DNA of 27,619 nucleotides, filler included, from an uncultured virus (IMG/VR IMGVR_UViG_2049941000_000851) (lineage: Duplodnaviria; Heunggongvirae; Uroviricota; Caudoviricetes). It is 9 parts of one record of this genome, joined end to end, with 100 filler letters (N's around TTAATTAATTAA, not from the genome) between each part and the next. Parts side by side here need not be neighbours in the genome. Positions count along the whole stretch, not along the records: positions 18,016 to 19,833 come from IMGVR_UViG_2049941000_000851; positions 19,934 to 20,689 come from IMGVR_UViG_2049941000_000851; positions 20,790 to 24,068 come from IMGVR_UViG_2049941000_000851; positions 24,169 to 26,362 come from IMGVR_UViG_2049941000_000851; positions 26,463 to 27,619 come from IMGVR_UViG_2049941000_000851; 4 more parts are not named here. One strand, written 5' to 3'. The position numbers and the translations under genes are program-made. The notes beneath the pieces were generated by a model that did not search any database, had not been told where the DNA came from, and worked only from the letters and a program-made list of their open reading frames with translations. Shown here in pieces: positions 18,119 through 26,997 of the stretch (within the stretch, counting starts at the first letter, position 1; each line of letters opens with the position of its first letter).

Positions 18119-18789
18119 CTACAGCAGTAAGAGTCCGCGGCTGTCATATACAGACTCGCCCTGGTTCTTCATGGCACGGTCCAGTGCCATTACCAGCGCC
18201 ACCGCGCCGTCGACTTTCTCCGTGCTCTTTTCCTTGTCTATCTTAAGGTTCCCGGCCGGGTCAGTGCGCACGAACACATTGTCCATGTTCCAACGCAGCA
18301 CGGGATTCATGTTGTGCCGGATGGATCTTTCAAGCACGCGCCTCATCAGTTCCTTGGTCGGGGGACTCATATCCCTGAAGCCCTGACCGAACGGCACCAT
18401 TGTAAAGCCGTCGTCCTGCAGCGCCTGCACCATCATCGTGGCGTTCCAGCGGTCATAAGCGATCTCACGGATCTCGAACCGTTCTCCCAGTTCCCGTATG
18501 AATTCCTCGATGAAACCGTAGTGGACCACATTGCCTTCCGTCGTAAGCAGCTGCTTCTGTTTTTCCCAGACGTCGTACATCACGTGGTCGCGCCTGACCC
18601 GGAGCTGCAGCGTGTCCCGAGGCAGCCAGAAGTACGGCAGCACCCTGTAATACTCATCGTCCGCGAAAGGCGGAAACACCAGCACCAACGCGGTAAGGTC
18701 GCTGGTAGATGACAGGTCAAGTCCCGCGTAGCAGGCCCTGCCCTCGAGATCATCCGCTGTATACATATCGCCGCAGGCGTCCCACTTGT
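18119..18789 (-). CDS. terL: Terminase large subunit, C-terminal nuclease domain
   Basis: CYAGLDLSSTSDLTA...EIAYDRWNA...VPFGQG...NPVLRWNMDNV...GNLKIDKEKSTEKVDGAVALVMAL (Terminase_1/HK97 type). Confidence 0.95.
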
Positions 18790-18799
18790 NNNNNNNNNN

Positions 18800-19479
18800 C
18801 TGCCAAACGCCGTGAATACTTTTCCCAGCGCCCCCGTTATATATCCCAGGTTTTTAATGAGCGTGCCCGATATGAGAATAACAGGCCCTATTGCAGCCGC
18901 TATGCCCGCCCACTTTATTATGCTCTCCCTCTGGCTTTTGTCCAGGCCCATGAACGCGGTGATCAAACCGTTGGCCTTATCCATCAGGCTTTCTATGGCG
19001 GGAGTGAGGTCCCTGCCTATCTGCCTGCCGGCCACAAGGGCCCTGTTCTTAAGGTTGGTGAGTTTGGCCGAGAGCGTATCGTACTTGACCGCCGCGGACT
19101 CCGCCAGCTTTGTATTCTCGTTCCACGCCTGTATGGCGGTCTTTTGTGTATCCGCGAATAGCTCGGTGGCGTTGGTGGCCCTTAACAGCGTATCCCTTAA
19201 ACGTATCTCGCTTATGCCTATCTCCTGCAAGGTGGCGATGGCGCTGACGCCCTCGTCGCCCAGTTTAGACAGGCCTACTATGAACTTCTGGAACACATCG
19301 GAGGGGTCGGCTTCCCACATGCGTTTGAACTCTTCTTCCGAGAGCCCGCACACCTTGGCGAAGTCAGTGAGCGCCTGCCCGCCCGTTGCGGCGGCCACTT
19401 CCATCTTCACTAAAGCCTTGGAGAACGTGGAACCGCCCATCTGCGCTTCCAGGCCCACTGAGGACAGCGCCGCGGCGAA
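18800..19479 (-). CDS. Tape measure protein fragment
   Basis: FAAALSSVGLEAQMGG...GISEIRLRDTLLRATNA...KWAGIAAAIGPVILISG. Confidence 0.9.
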
Positions 19480-19489
19480 NNNNNNNNNN

Positions 19490-19593
19490 GGCTTCCCGCG
19501 CCGGGAGATTATAACGCTCTCTTCCTCGCCTGTTTCGACCTTCCTTACCAGATCTGACAGTTTGGTTTTCGCTTCCAGTATGTTTACCTGCAT
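19490..19593 (-). CDS. Phd/YefM-family antitoxin, N-terminus
   Basis: GAAAGGAG RBS, then MQVNILEAKTKLSDLVRKVETGEEESVIISRRGKP (NxxEAKxxLS...I.RxGKP signature). Confidence 0.9.
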
Positions 19594-19626
19594 ACGCGCT
19601 CCTTTCCGCCTGGACGACAGGCAACC

Positions 19627-19671
19627 TGGTCATTATGACCATATTATATACCAGGCGAAAAGGATTTGCAA
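19627..19671 (-). promoter_or_regulatory. Toxin-antitoxin promoter with palindromic operator
   Basis: TTGCAA (19671-19666), 17 nt, TATAAT (19648-19643), then the inverted repeat TGGTCAT-A-ATGACCA (19641-19627) over the expected start site. Confidence 0.8.
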
Positions 19672-19755
19672 GCGTTTTTTCAGTTCGTGTTCCGCCGCTC
19701 GAGCTGAAGCGGAGCACGTCTTATGCATCGCCTGCGCTTACGCTTACACATTCGC

Positions 19756-19833
19756 TTACGCCTTCATCTGCAGCACCTTGACAGCTTCGGGCAGTATGAG
19801 CCTGCCGTCCAGGCGCTCGGTGAGCTTGAAGCC
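19756..19833 (-). CDS. Major capsid protein, C-terminus (allele upstream of the TA operon)
   Basis: GFKLTERLDGRLILPEAVKVLQMKA*, on the same contig as the antitoxin start. Confidence 0.9.
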   Translation of the reverse strand, partial: GFKLTERLDGRLILPEAVKVLQMKA

Positions 19834-19950
19834 NNNNNNNNNNNNNNNNNNNNNNNNNNNNNNNNNNNNNNNNNNNNTTAATTAATTAANNNNNNNNNNN
19901 NNNNNNNNNNNNNNNNNNNNNNNNNNNNNNNNNCTCAAGCGTTATGAGCA

Positions 19951-20163
19951 TCAGGTACCGCCACCCTCACCCTCGCCGGGCGTTTCAACAGGCGGCTCCG
20001 CGGGCGCTTCGGCCGGCATAAGTCCCGCCGTACGCAGTTTGGCGAGCAGGGCGTTAAAGTCTTCCTTGAGCCCGGAAGCGGAAGTGGCTGTGCTGTCCGC
20101 CTGGTAGGCCAGTACGGGAGCGGTCTCCTCAGGCGCGCTGTCGAACAGGCCCTCTCCCCCTTC
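19951..20163 (-). CDS. Head fibre/decoration-like protein, C-terminus
   Basis: Frame not in the ORF track: ...YQADSTATSASGLKEDFNALLAKLRTAGLM...GEGEGGGT*. A TGATG overlap leads into MLITLE (19951-19934), a probable head-tail connector start. Confidence 0.7.
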   Translation of the reverse strand, partial: EGGEGLFDSAPEETAPVLAYQADSTATSASGLKEDFNALLAKLRTAGLMPAEAPAEPPVETPGEGEGGGT

Positions 20164-20173
20164 NNNNNNNNNN

Positions 20174-20561
20174 ATTTTTCATTGTAATATGACAGCAGCG
20201 AGTCGTGCGTGATAAGCACCAGGTTTTCGGCTTTTGCCTGAGCGATCAGCATCCTGTCAAAAGGATCATGATGCGGGGGAGCTCCTTCCGACCTGCGGAG
20301 CGACTCCAGGTAGATCACATGACTGTTCTTTACTTCCACAGGAAGAAAGCCGGCCTCGCGGCAGAAATAGTCGAGATCCTCCCCCGTAAACTCCACGTTT
20401 TCCGGGTGGATCGCGTGCTTGATCGATACTTCCCAGAGGGATACGGTGCTGTAGTACAGCGTGTTTCCGTCATCGAGTATCAGCCGGCGCGCTTTCGCCG
20501 GAAGTCTCCGGTCTCCGTTCAATGCCCATATAAGTATGTGCGTATCCAGCAGCAGCCTCAT
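20174..20561 (-). CDS. vapC: PIN-domain VapC toxin (nearly complete)
   Basis: MRLLLDTHILIW...STVSLWEVSIK...HHDPFDRMLIAQAKAENLVLITHD. The start overlaps the antitoxin stop (ATGA). Confidence 0.95.
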
Positions 20562-20689
20562 AAAACGCCTCCGAACATCGCGTTGACCTCTTCGTTGTAA
20601 CGGTCAAGATCGTCCGGTGACTTGAGCCTGCCCCTGGCGACGCCTATCCTCTTCGAGACCGGCGCGTCGCTGTAAACGACGAGCTTTGC
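20558..20689 (-). CDS. Phd/YefM-family antitoxin, C-terminus
   Basis: AKLVVYSDAPVSKRIGVARGRLKSPDDLDRYNEEVNAMFGGVL*, a natural continuation of ...RRGKP at 19490. Confidence 0.8.
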   Translation of the reverse strand, partial: AKLVVYSDAPVSKRIGVARGRLKSPDDLDRYNEEVNAMFGGVL

Positions 20690-20789
20690 NNNNNNNNNNN
20701 NNNNNNNNNNNNNNNNNNNNNNNNNNNNNNNNNTTAATTAATTAANNNNNNNNNNNNNNNNNNNNNNNNNNNNNNNNNNNNNNNNNNNN

Positions 20790-21105
20790 CATGGCAGCTC
20801 TTGCAAAGGGGCTGCCAGTTGTTTTCATCCCAGAAAAGACTTTGCTCTCCCCTATGCGGCACGATATGATCCACAACGGTCGCCGGGGTAAGTTTGTTCT
20901 CCTTCATACATTCCACGCACAGCGGATGCAGCTGCAGATACCTCTTCCGGGCAACACGCCAGCGGGCGTCGTAACCCCTCGCGTCCGCGCCGCCGCGCAT
21001 CCTGTCGCCGCTCCACGCCATATGATCCCTGCAGAATACCTCGCCCTGCACGCAGAAACCCGGACACCCGGGATAGCGGCAGGGTCTTTGCGGTTTATTG
21101 GGCAT
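20790..21105 (-). CDS. HK97 gp74-like HNH endonuclease (3'-truncated)
   Basis: ARGYDARW...HPLCVECM...ATVVDHIVPHRG...FWDENNWQPLCKSCH. Confidence 0.93.
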
Positions 21106-21116
21106 AGATTCCTCCT

Positions 21117-21452
21117 CTACAGCAGTAAGAGTCCGCGGCTGTCGTAAACGGACTCGCCCTGGTTCTTCATGGCACGGTCCAGCGCCATTACCAGCGCCAC
21201 CGCGCCGTCGACTTTCTCCGTGCTCTTTTCCTTGTCTATCTTAAGGTTCCCGGCCGGGTCGGTGCGCACGAACACATTGTCCATGTTCCAGCGCAGCACG
21301 GGATTCCTGTTGTGCCGGATGGATCTTTCAAGCACGCGCCTCATCAGTTCTTTGGTCGGGGGACTCATATCCCTGAAGCCCTGTCCGAAGGGCACCATGG
21401 TGAAGCCGTCGTCCTGCAGCGCCTGCACCATCATCGTGGCGTTCCAGCGGTC
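21117..21452 (-). CDS. terL: Terminase large subunit, C-terminus (second allele)
   Basis: Near-identical to 18119-18453; ends SVYDSRGLLLL*. Confidence 0.93.
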   Translation of the reverse strand, partial: DRWNATMMVQALQDDGFTMVPFGQGFRDMSPPTKELMRRVLERSIRHNRNPVLRWNMDNVFVRTDPAGNLKIDKEKSTEKVDGAVALVMALDRAMKNQGESVYDSRGLLLL

Positions 21453-21515
21453 NNNNNNNNNNCGCATGGATTTCTTCCGGCGTCCCCAATACTATCTCTT
21501 TAGGGAGGAAACATC

Positions 21516-21697
21516 ATGATAACCTGTACCCTCGGAGAAAAAGCATACACGGTGGATTTCATCAGCGGGAGAGCTTTAAGGGAGATCGAACCCGCAACCA
21601 AAATGTACGCGCGCATCCAGCGCATGGCAAAGCAGGCCGCCGACGGTGAGGAGATCAGCGAGGACGAGAAAGTCAGCGTACCCGACGCGCTCGACGT
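21516..21697 (+). CDS. Tail assembly chaperone, N-terminal part
   Basis: GGGAGG RBS, then MITCTLGEKAYTVDFISGRALRE...VPDALD. Confidence 0.85.
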
Positions 21698-21707
21698 NNN
21701 NNNNNNN

Positions 21708-22127
21708 ACGGAGTTTGATACCCTGTACGCTGACCCTGAGATCAGCTTCAAACTCAAGATGGCGGATATCCCTCTGACCATACAGGAGATGCTCTTTGCC
21801 AACGCGATCGACGACAACGGCGTACTGATCCGCACCGCGCAGGACAAGCCGCCTTACTTCGCCACCGGCTTCAAGTCGGAAAAGAGCGACGGTAAGTTCC
21901 GCTATGTATGGCTTTACAAGGTGCGTGCGAAACCGCTCACCGAGAACTTCGCCACCAAGGAAGGCAAGACGATCAACCGCCAGACGCCGGAAGTCGAGTT
22001 CACCGCGATCAAGCGCACCCACGACGGCCGCTATCAGGCCGTAGCCGACGAAGGAGAAGGTTCCTTCACCGCGGAGAAGGCGGCGACGTTCCTGACCAGC
22101 GTATATGAGCCCAGCTTCACGCCGTAA
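21708..22127 (+). CDS. Major tail protein, C-terminal part beginning exactly at the 3'-exon boundary
   Basis: TEFDTLYADPEISFKLKMADIP...SVYEPSFTP*. The first codon aligns with the ATC that follows the intron. Confidence 0.9.
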   Translation, partial: TEFDTLYADPEISFKLKMADIPLTIQEMLFANAIDDNGVLIRTAQDKPPYFATGFKSEKSDGKFRYVWLYKVRAKPLTENFATKEGKTINRQTPEVEFTAIKRTHDGRYQAVADEGEGSFTAEKAATFLTSVYEPSFTP

Positions 22128-22143
22128 GAACAGTAACCCACTC

Positions 22144-22171
22144 AGGGGACGCTCCATTCGGGGCGTCCCTT
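22144..22171 (+). terminator. Hairpin after the MTP gene
   Basis: AGGGGACGCTCC-ATTC-GGGGCGTCCCTT with a weak U tract; same position as 8207-8243. Confidence 0.5.
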
Positions 22172-22199
22172 CAATCATCACATTATGGAGGTTTTCATC

Positions 22200-22330
22200 A
22201 TGATAACCTGTACCCTCGGAGAAAAGACATACACCGTAGACTTCATCAGCGGAAGGGCCTTAAGGGAGATCGAACCCGCTACCAAAATGTACGCGCGTAT
22301 CCAGCGCATGGCCAAGCAGGCCGCCGACGG
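22200..22330 (+). CDS. Tail assembly chaperone, N-terminus
   Basis: GGAGG RBS at 22187-22191, then MITCTLGEKTYTVDF...KQAAD. Confidence 0.85.
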
Positions 22331-22361
22331 NNNNNNNNNNNNNNNNNNNNNNNNNNNNNNN

Positions 22362-22726
22362 CTGGGCGACGAAGGCGCGAGCGCCATCGCAACCCTGCAG
22401 GATATAGGCATCAGCGAGATCAGGCTGCGGGATACCCTTTTGAGGGCAACCAACGCCACAGAGCTGTTTGCCAGCACGCAGAAAACGGCCGTGCAGGCCT
22501 GGAACGAAAACACGATGCTGGCAGAGTCAGCGGCAAAGAAATATGATACGCTTTCCGCGAAGCTTACCAACCTGAAAAACCGGGCGCTCGTCGCGGGCCG
22601 GCAGATCGCACGGGATCTGGTGCCAACGCTGGAAAGCCTGATGGAGAAGGCCAACGGGCTCATCACCTCGTTTATGGGGCTGGATAAGAGCCAGCGGGAA
22701 AATATCATCAAATGGGCGGCAATAGC
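22362..22726 (+). CDS. Tape measure protein fragment
   Basis: LGDEGASAIATLQDIGISEIRLRDTLLRATNA...IIKWAAI, an allele of 18800-19479. Confidence 0.88.
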
Positions 22727-23399
22727 NNNNNNNNNNNNNNNNNNNNNNNNNNNNNNNNNNNNNNNNNNNNNNNNNNNNNNNNNNNNNNNNNNNNNNNNNN
22801 NNNNNNNNNNNNNNNNNNNNNNNNNNNNNNNNNNNNNNNNNNNNNNNNNNNNNNNNNNNNNNNNNNNNNNNNNNNNNNNNNNNNNNNNNNNNNNNNNNNN
22901 NNNNNNNNNNNNNNNNNNNNNNNNNNNNNNNNNNNNNNNNNNNNNNNNNNNNNNNNNNNNNNNNNNNNNNNNNNNNNNNNNNNNNNNNNNNNNNNNNNNN
23001 NNNNNNNNNNNNNNNNNNNNNNNNNNNNNNNNNNNNNNNNNNNNNNNNNNNNNNNNNNNNNNNNNNNNNNNNNNNNNNNNNNNNNNNNNNNNNNNNNNNN
23101 NNNNNNNNNNNNNNNNNNNNNNNNNNNNNNNNNNNNNNNNNNNNNNNNNNNNNNNNNNNNNNNNNNNNNNNNNNNNNNNNNNNNNNNNNNNNNNNNNNNN
23201 NNNNNNNNNNNNNNNNNNNNNNNNNNNNNNNNNNNNNNNNNNNNNNNNNNNNNNNNNNNNNNNNNNNNNNNNNNNNNNNNNNNNNNNNNNNNNNNNNNNN
23301 NNNNNNNNNNNNNNNNNNNNNNNNNNNNNNNNNNNNNNNNNNNNNNNNNNNNNNNNNNNNNNNNNNNNTTGGTTATTGCGCTTATGCTTACACATTCGC

Positions 23400-24068
23400 T
23401 TACGCCTTCATCTGCAGCACCTTGACTGCTTCGGGCAGTATGAGCCTGCCGTCCAGGCGCTCGGTCATCTTGAAGCCGACCTGGTCGGTAACGGCGTACA
23501 GCTCGTTCAGCCTTTCCAGCGTCCTGCCTTCGCGCTCCGCCAGCCAGTAGTAGCTGAAATCGCCGTACAGGATGACCTTGTTGCCGGCCGCCACCAGGGG
23601 CATGTAGTTGGACATGAACACCTTCTGGTTGAAGAGCATGTCCGGCGCGCCTTCCTTGATGCCGGGCTGCCAGATGTACTGGCCCTGGCCGTCCTTAAGC
23701 TTGCGGATGGCGGATATGGTGGCGTCGTTCATGATCCACACCGCCTTCCTGCGGTAGCCGCTCTTCAGGCTGTGCTGCAGGTCGATCAGCTCGTCAGCGG
23801 TGATGGCGGCGGTGGCCGCGGCGGTCACGCCTACCTGCGCGCCCAGTGTGGCGTGCAGCAGTCCGATGGGCTTATGGGAACCGTCGCCTGCTATGATCGC
23901 CTGCTCCTCGGCAGCGCCCGCCCTGCGGGTGAACTCGTGGGCGATGTACGCCGCGATATCGAAAGCGGAGTCGTTGAGCAGTTCTCGGCTCACGCGGATC
24001 ATGGTGGCGAACTTGTGTGCGGAGAGGGAGATCTGGCTGAAAGCGTCGTCGCTCTCGGGTATCTGGTT
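23400..24068 (-). CDS. Major capsid protein, class B, C-terminal part
   Basis: QIPESDDAFSQISLSAHKFATMIRVSRELLNDSAFDI...GDFSYYWLAEREG...VKVLQMKA*. Confidence 0.93.
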   Translation of the reverse strand, partial: NQIPESDDAFSQISLSAHKFATMIRVSRELLNDSAFDIAAYIAHEFTRRAGAAEEQAIIAGDGSHKPIGLLHATLGAQVGVTAAATAAITADELIDLQHSLKSGYRRKAVWIMNDATISAIRKLKDGQGQYIWQPGIKEGAPDMLFNQKVFMSNYMPLVAAGNKVILYGDFSYYWLAEREGRTLERLNELYAVTDQVGFKMTERLDGRLILPEAVKVLQMKA

Positions 24069-24168
24069 NNNNNNNNNNNNNNNNNNNNNNNNNNNNNNNN
24101 NNNNNNNNNNNNTTAATTAATTAANNNNNNNNNNNNNNNNNNNNNNNNNNNNNNNNNNNNNNNNNNNN

Positions 24169-25205
24169 ACTGAACGCGCTGGTGAAAGCGTATGAAGCTG
24201 ATCCTGAAAACTTCAAATCATTCTTCCAGAGCCCTTCCGGCCTTGTAGCGCTGATCAGCGCGTATCAGCAGGACCCAGCCGGGTTCAACGCGTTCTTCGC
24301 TAATCCCAACGGGCTTCTGGCTTTGGTCTCCGCCTATGCGGAAGACCCGGAGACCTTCGACGCGGCATTTGCCGATCCGTCCGGACTGCAGGCGATGGTC
24401 GAAGGCTATATTGCTGATCCGGAGAACTTCGTTTCCACCTTCGACGGACCGAGCGGTCTGCTGGCCCTTGTCGCGGCCTATGCTGAAGTGAGCACCGGAG
24501 CGAGTACAGCAGGACTTACTCCCTCAGTAACCGCCACGGTTACGCTGAGCGACCTGGATACCGCCGCGCTTAAGACGTGGAAAGCGGCCAACGGCCCCAA
24601 GGTGAAGCTCACAACTACCGTCGGCCTGAAGGCGTTCGTATCCCTTGGAGACGACTGGCAGACGAAGCTGAAGGAGAAATACGATGCGGGCCTGCTGGCC
24701 GTGTACGGCACAGACGGTATGCCGCTGAGCGTGACGCCCGAGGTACTCGAACAGCTGACTGCCGACAGCCTGATCGTGGGCGTCGACGCGGACGGTACCT
24801 ACCATGTGATCGTGAAGCCTGAGTGGGCTTCCGTCACAGACGAGGAAATCGAGGATTTCAACGAAGGGTTTAACCCCGACACGGATACCTATAAAAAGCT
24901 GACCAGCATATGGGATCAGTTCCGGGCGGGCATGGCCAAAGGTGGTTCCATGCACTGGTTCGGCGACGACGACGGAGGTTTCATCGGCGCGCTGAACGAC
25001 GCGGCGGACTGGATCGGCGGCGCGATCAACGACGCCCGGGACTTCTTTGCGGAAGGCCTGACTCCGTATGAGATCACGGAGTTTGCCGAGGCCACCGCGA
25101 TGCTTACCAACGCCGTGAATGACGGAACGAATTCCTACCGGGTTTTCGGTAAAGAGGCTATACAGTTCCTGAACGACATGGCTGACGCGACTGAGGTCGC
25201 CAACG
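24169..25205 (+). CDS. Tape measure protein, repeat region fragment (second allele)
   Basis: YEADPENFKSFFQSPSGLVALISA-type repeats, then colinear with 4423-6657. Confidence 0.7.
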
Positions 25206-25215
25206 NNNNNNNNNN

Positions 25216-26362
25216 GAAGAGATCGAGATCAAGTACCGCCTGTCCGAAGCGGACACGGATGGATTTTCCAAGCTCGAAGCCGGCATTGACGCGGCGATCG
25301 CGAGAGCCGAGGCCACCGGGCAGGAAGTCGGCGTAGACATCTACAAGGACGCCCTTATCGCCGGCGCGGAAGGCATGCAGGCGGTAAACAAGGCGCTTGA
25401 CGAACAGTACAACGACCGCTACGCCCTCGTGCAGCTCATAAACGACGAAACGGAAAAAGAGACCGCNNNNNNNNNNTCTACAAGGACGCCCTTGTCGCCG
25501 GCGCGGAAGGCATGCAGGCTGTAAACAAGGCGCTGGACGAACAGTACAACGACCGCTATGCCCTCGTGCAGCTCATAACCGACGAAACGGAAAAAGAGAC
25601 CGCGCTGGCGCAGCTTAACGCCTGGTATAATGACGAACGGCTGGCAGCGGGCCGGGAATACGCCCGCGTCATGGGCAGGGCGATCGCGCCTGTCATAAAC
25701 AGCGACGATATCCAGGATACCTACGCACAGATGTCCGATCTGGTGGTACTGCTCAGCCAGTACTCAAGGGGCGAAAAGAATGTCGTCGATCTCAATGATT
25801 TCATCTCCGGGCTTGACGAGAGCAGCATAACCGAATTCTATGGGCTCGTGACACAGATCCAGTCCCTGCGCGATCAGGGGCTCGGATATGATGAGATCAG
25901 CAGCCTGACCGGTGTGGACGTATCTTTTCTCAAAACCGCGTATACCCAACTGGAGCAGATAAACACACTTCTGCAGGGTATGAATACGGACAAGAACCTN
26001 NNNNNNNNNCACAGGTGTAGACGTTTCCTTTCTCGAAACCGCGTATACCCAACTTGAGCAGATAAATACACTTCTGCAGGGTATGAATACGGACAAGAAC
26101 CTGGAGCCGCTGCGTTCCATGTTCAGCGATGCCCTGACCGAGGAAGTCCTGAAGATCGCGACAGACCTGGATATGACAGGAGCAAAGGAAGCGTGGGCAG
26201 CGTTTGCCGCCGATCCCGGAGCGGATGTTTTCACGACGGCTATCGTGGAAGGATATCAGGAGAAGGAAGGCGGCGCTGACAAGAGCGGCGTCAGCAATCC
26301 TGGCGGCTTCTATGCCCTTGTTGAGGGATACCAGAAAGACCCCGAAGGCTTCAGCAGCGTAT
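25216..26362 (+). CDS. Tape measure protein, three overlapping internal fragments (gaps at 25467-25476 and 26000-26009)
   Basis: EEIEIKYRL...AEGMQAVNKALDEQY...EEVLKIATDLDMTGA...VEGYQKDPEGFSSV, running into the repeat motif. Contig ends overlap each other with allelic substitutions. Confidence 0.7.
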
Positions 26363-26492
26363 NNNNNNNNNNNNNNNNNNNNNNNNNNNNNNNNNNNNNN
26401 NNNNNNTTAATTAATTAANNNNNNNNNNNNNNNNNNNNNNNNNNNNNNNNNNNNNNNNNNNNACGCGAGCAGGCAGGAAAGGGGTTCAGACG

Positions 26493-26795
26493 ATGATAAA
26501 AGAAATAGACGGAATACCGGTAAAGACAGAGGAGGAGCTTCCCGACAAGGAGCTCCTTTCCTATGTGCAGCGTAGTCGGGAAAAGTATGGCCGCGCGCTC
26601 ATAAGCGTTGAGATAAAGGTTGATGGTGAGTATGCGGAAGTGTGCTACCACACAAAGAAGGTACCGTTTGACCGCATCAGAAGAATTACCGGCTATTTGG
26701 TCGGCACGATGGACAAGTGGAACAACGGCAAGCGTGCCGAGGAGCACGACCGGGTAAAGCACGGGACGGAAGAGAATGAGAACGACGATCGTTGA
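26493..26795 (+). CDS. Stand-alone 100-aa protein with the NrdD (class III RNR) C-terminal glycyl-radical motif
   Basis: GAAAGGGG RBS at 26477-26484. FDRIRRITGYLVGTMDKWNNGKRAEEHDRVKH matches the clostridial NrdD C-terminus (R-I-T-G-Y; Gly67). Confidence 0.8.
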   Translation: MIKEIDGIPVKTEEELPDKELLSYVQRSREKYGRALISVEIKVDGEYAEVCYHTKKVPFDRIRRITGYLVGTMDKWNNGKRAEEHDRVKHGTEENENDDR

Positions 26796-26997
26796 CGATA
26801 TTCATGCCGCCGCTGCCATGGCGGACAATTTACTTGGCCACGGTGTGAGTGTATTCAAAGCGGTGCTGATCCGGGAAACCGGACAGTACCGTGTTTCATG
26901 GGAGACGGATAATGAAGGACTACATAATCTGGAAAGGGATAAACAGCCGTACGGTCGGCATAACGGTGACCGAGCTGCCGGAGATCATATTGCCTGA
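26776..26997 (+). CDS. Small hypothetical protein
   Basis: The ORF fills the space between the NrdD-like gene and Dit and overlaps both. No recognisable motif. Confidence 0.35.
   Translation: MRTTIVDDIHAAAAMADNLLGHGVSVFKAVLIRETGQYRVSWETDNEGLHNLERDKQPYGRHNGDRAAGDHIA

Noticed and set aside
18580..19593. Antitoxin-TMP fusion, and similar fusions at 13850-15004, 15428-16477, 19935-20561 and 21516-22127
   Set aside because: Each reads through N gaps that join unrelated contigs.
25337..25603. Near-identical repeat pair as a DGR template/variable repeat or tandem duplication
   Set aside because: The differences are not adenine-specific (GCG/GCT, CTT/CTG, TAC/TAT) and the copies flank a gap, so they are overlapping allelic contig ends. 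The same applies to 25909-26100 and 16924-17040.
6814..26418. Repeated TTAATTAATTAA as a CRISPR repeat, att site or biological repeat
   Set aside because: It is always embedded in fixed N padding and is a six-frame-stop concatenation linker.
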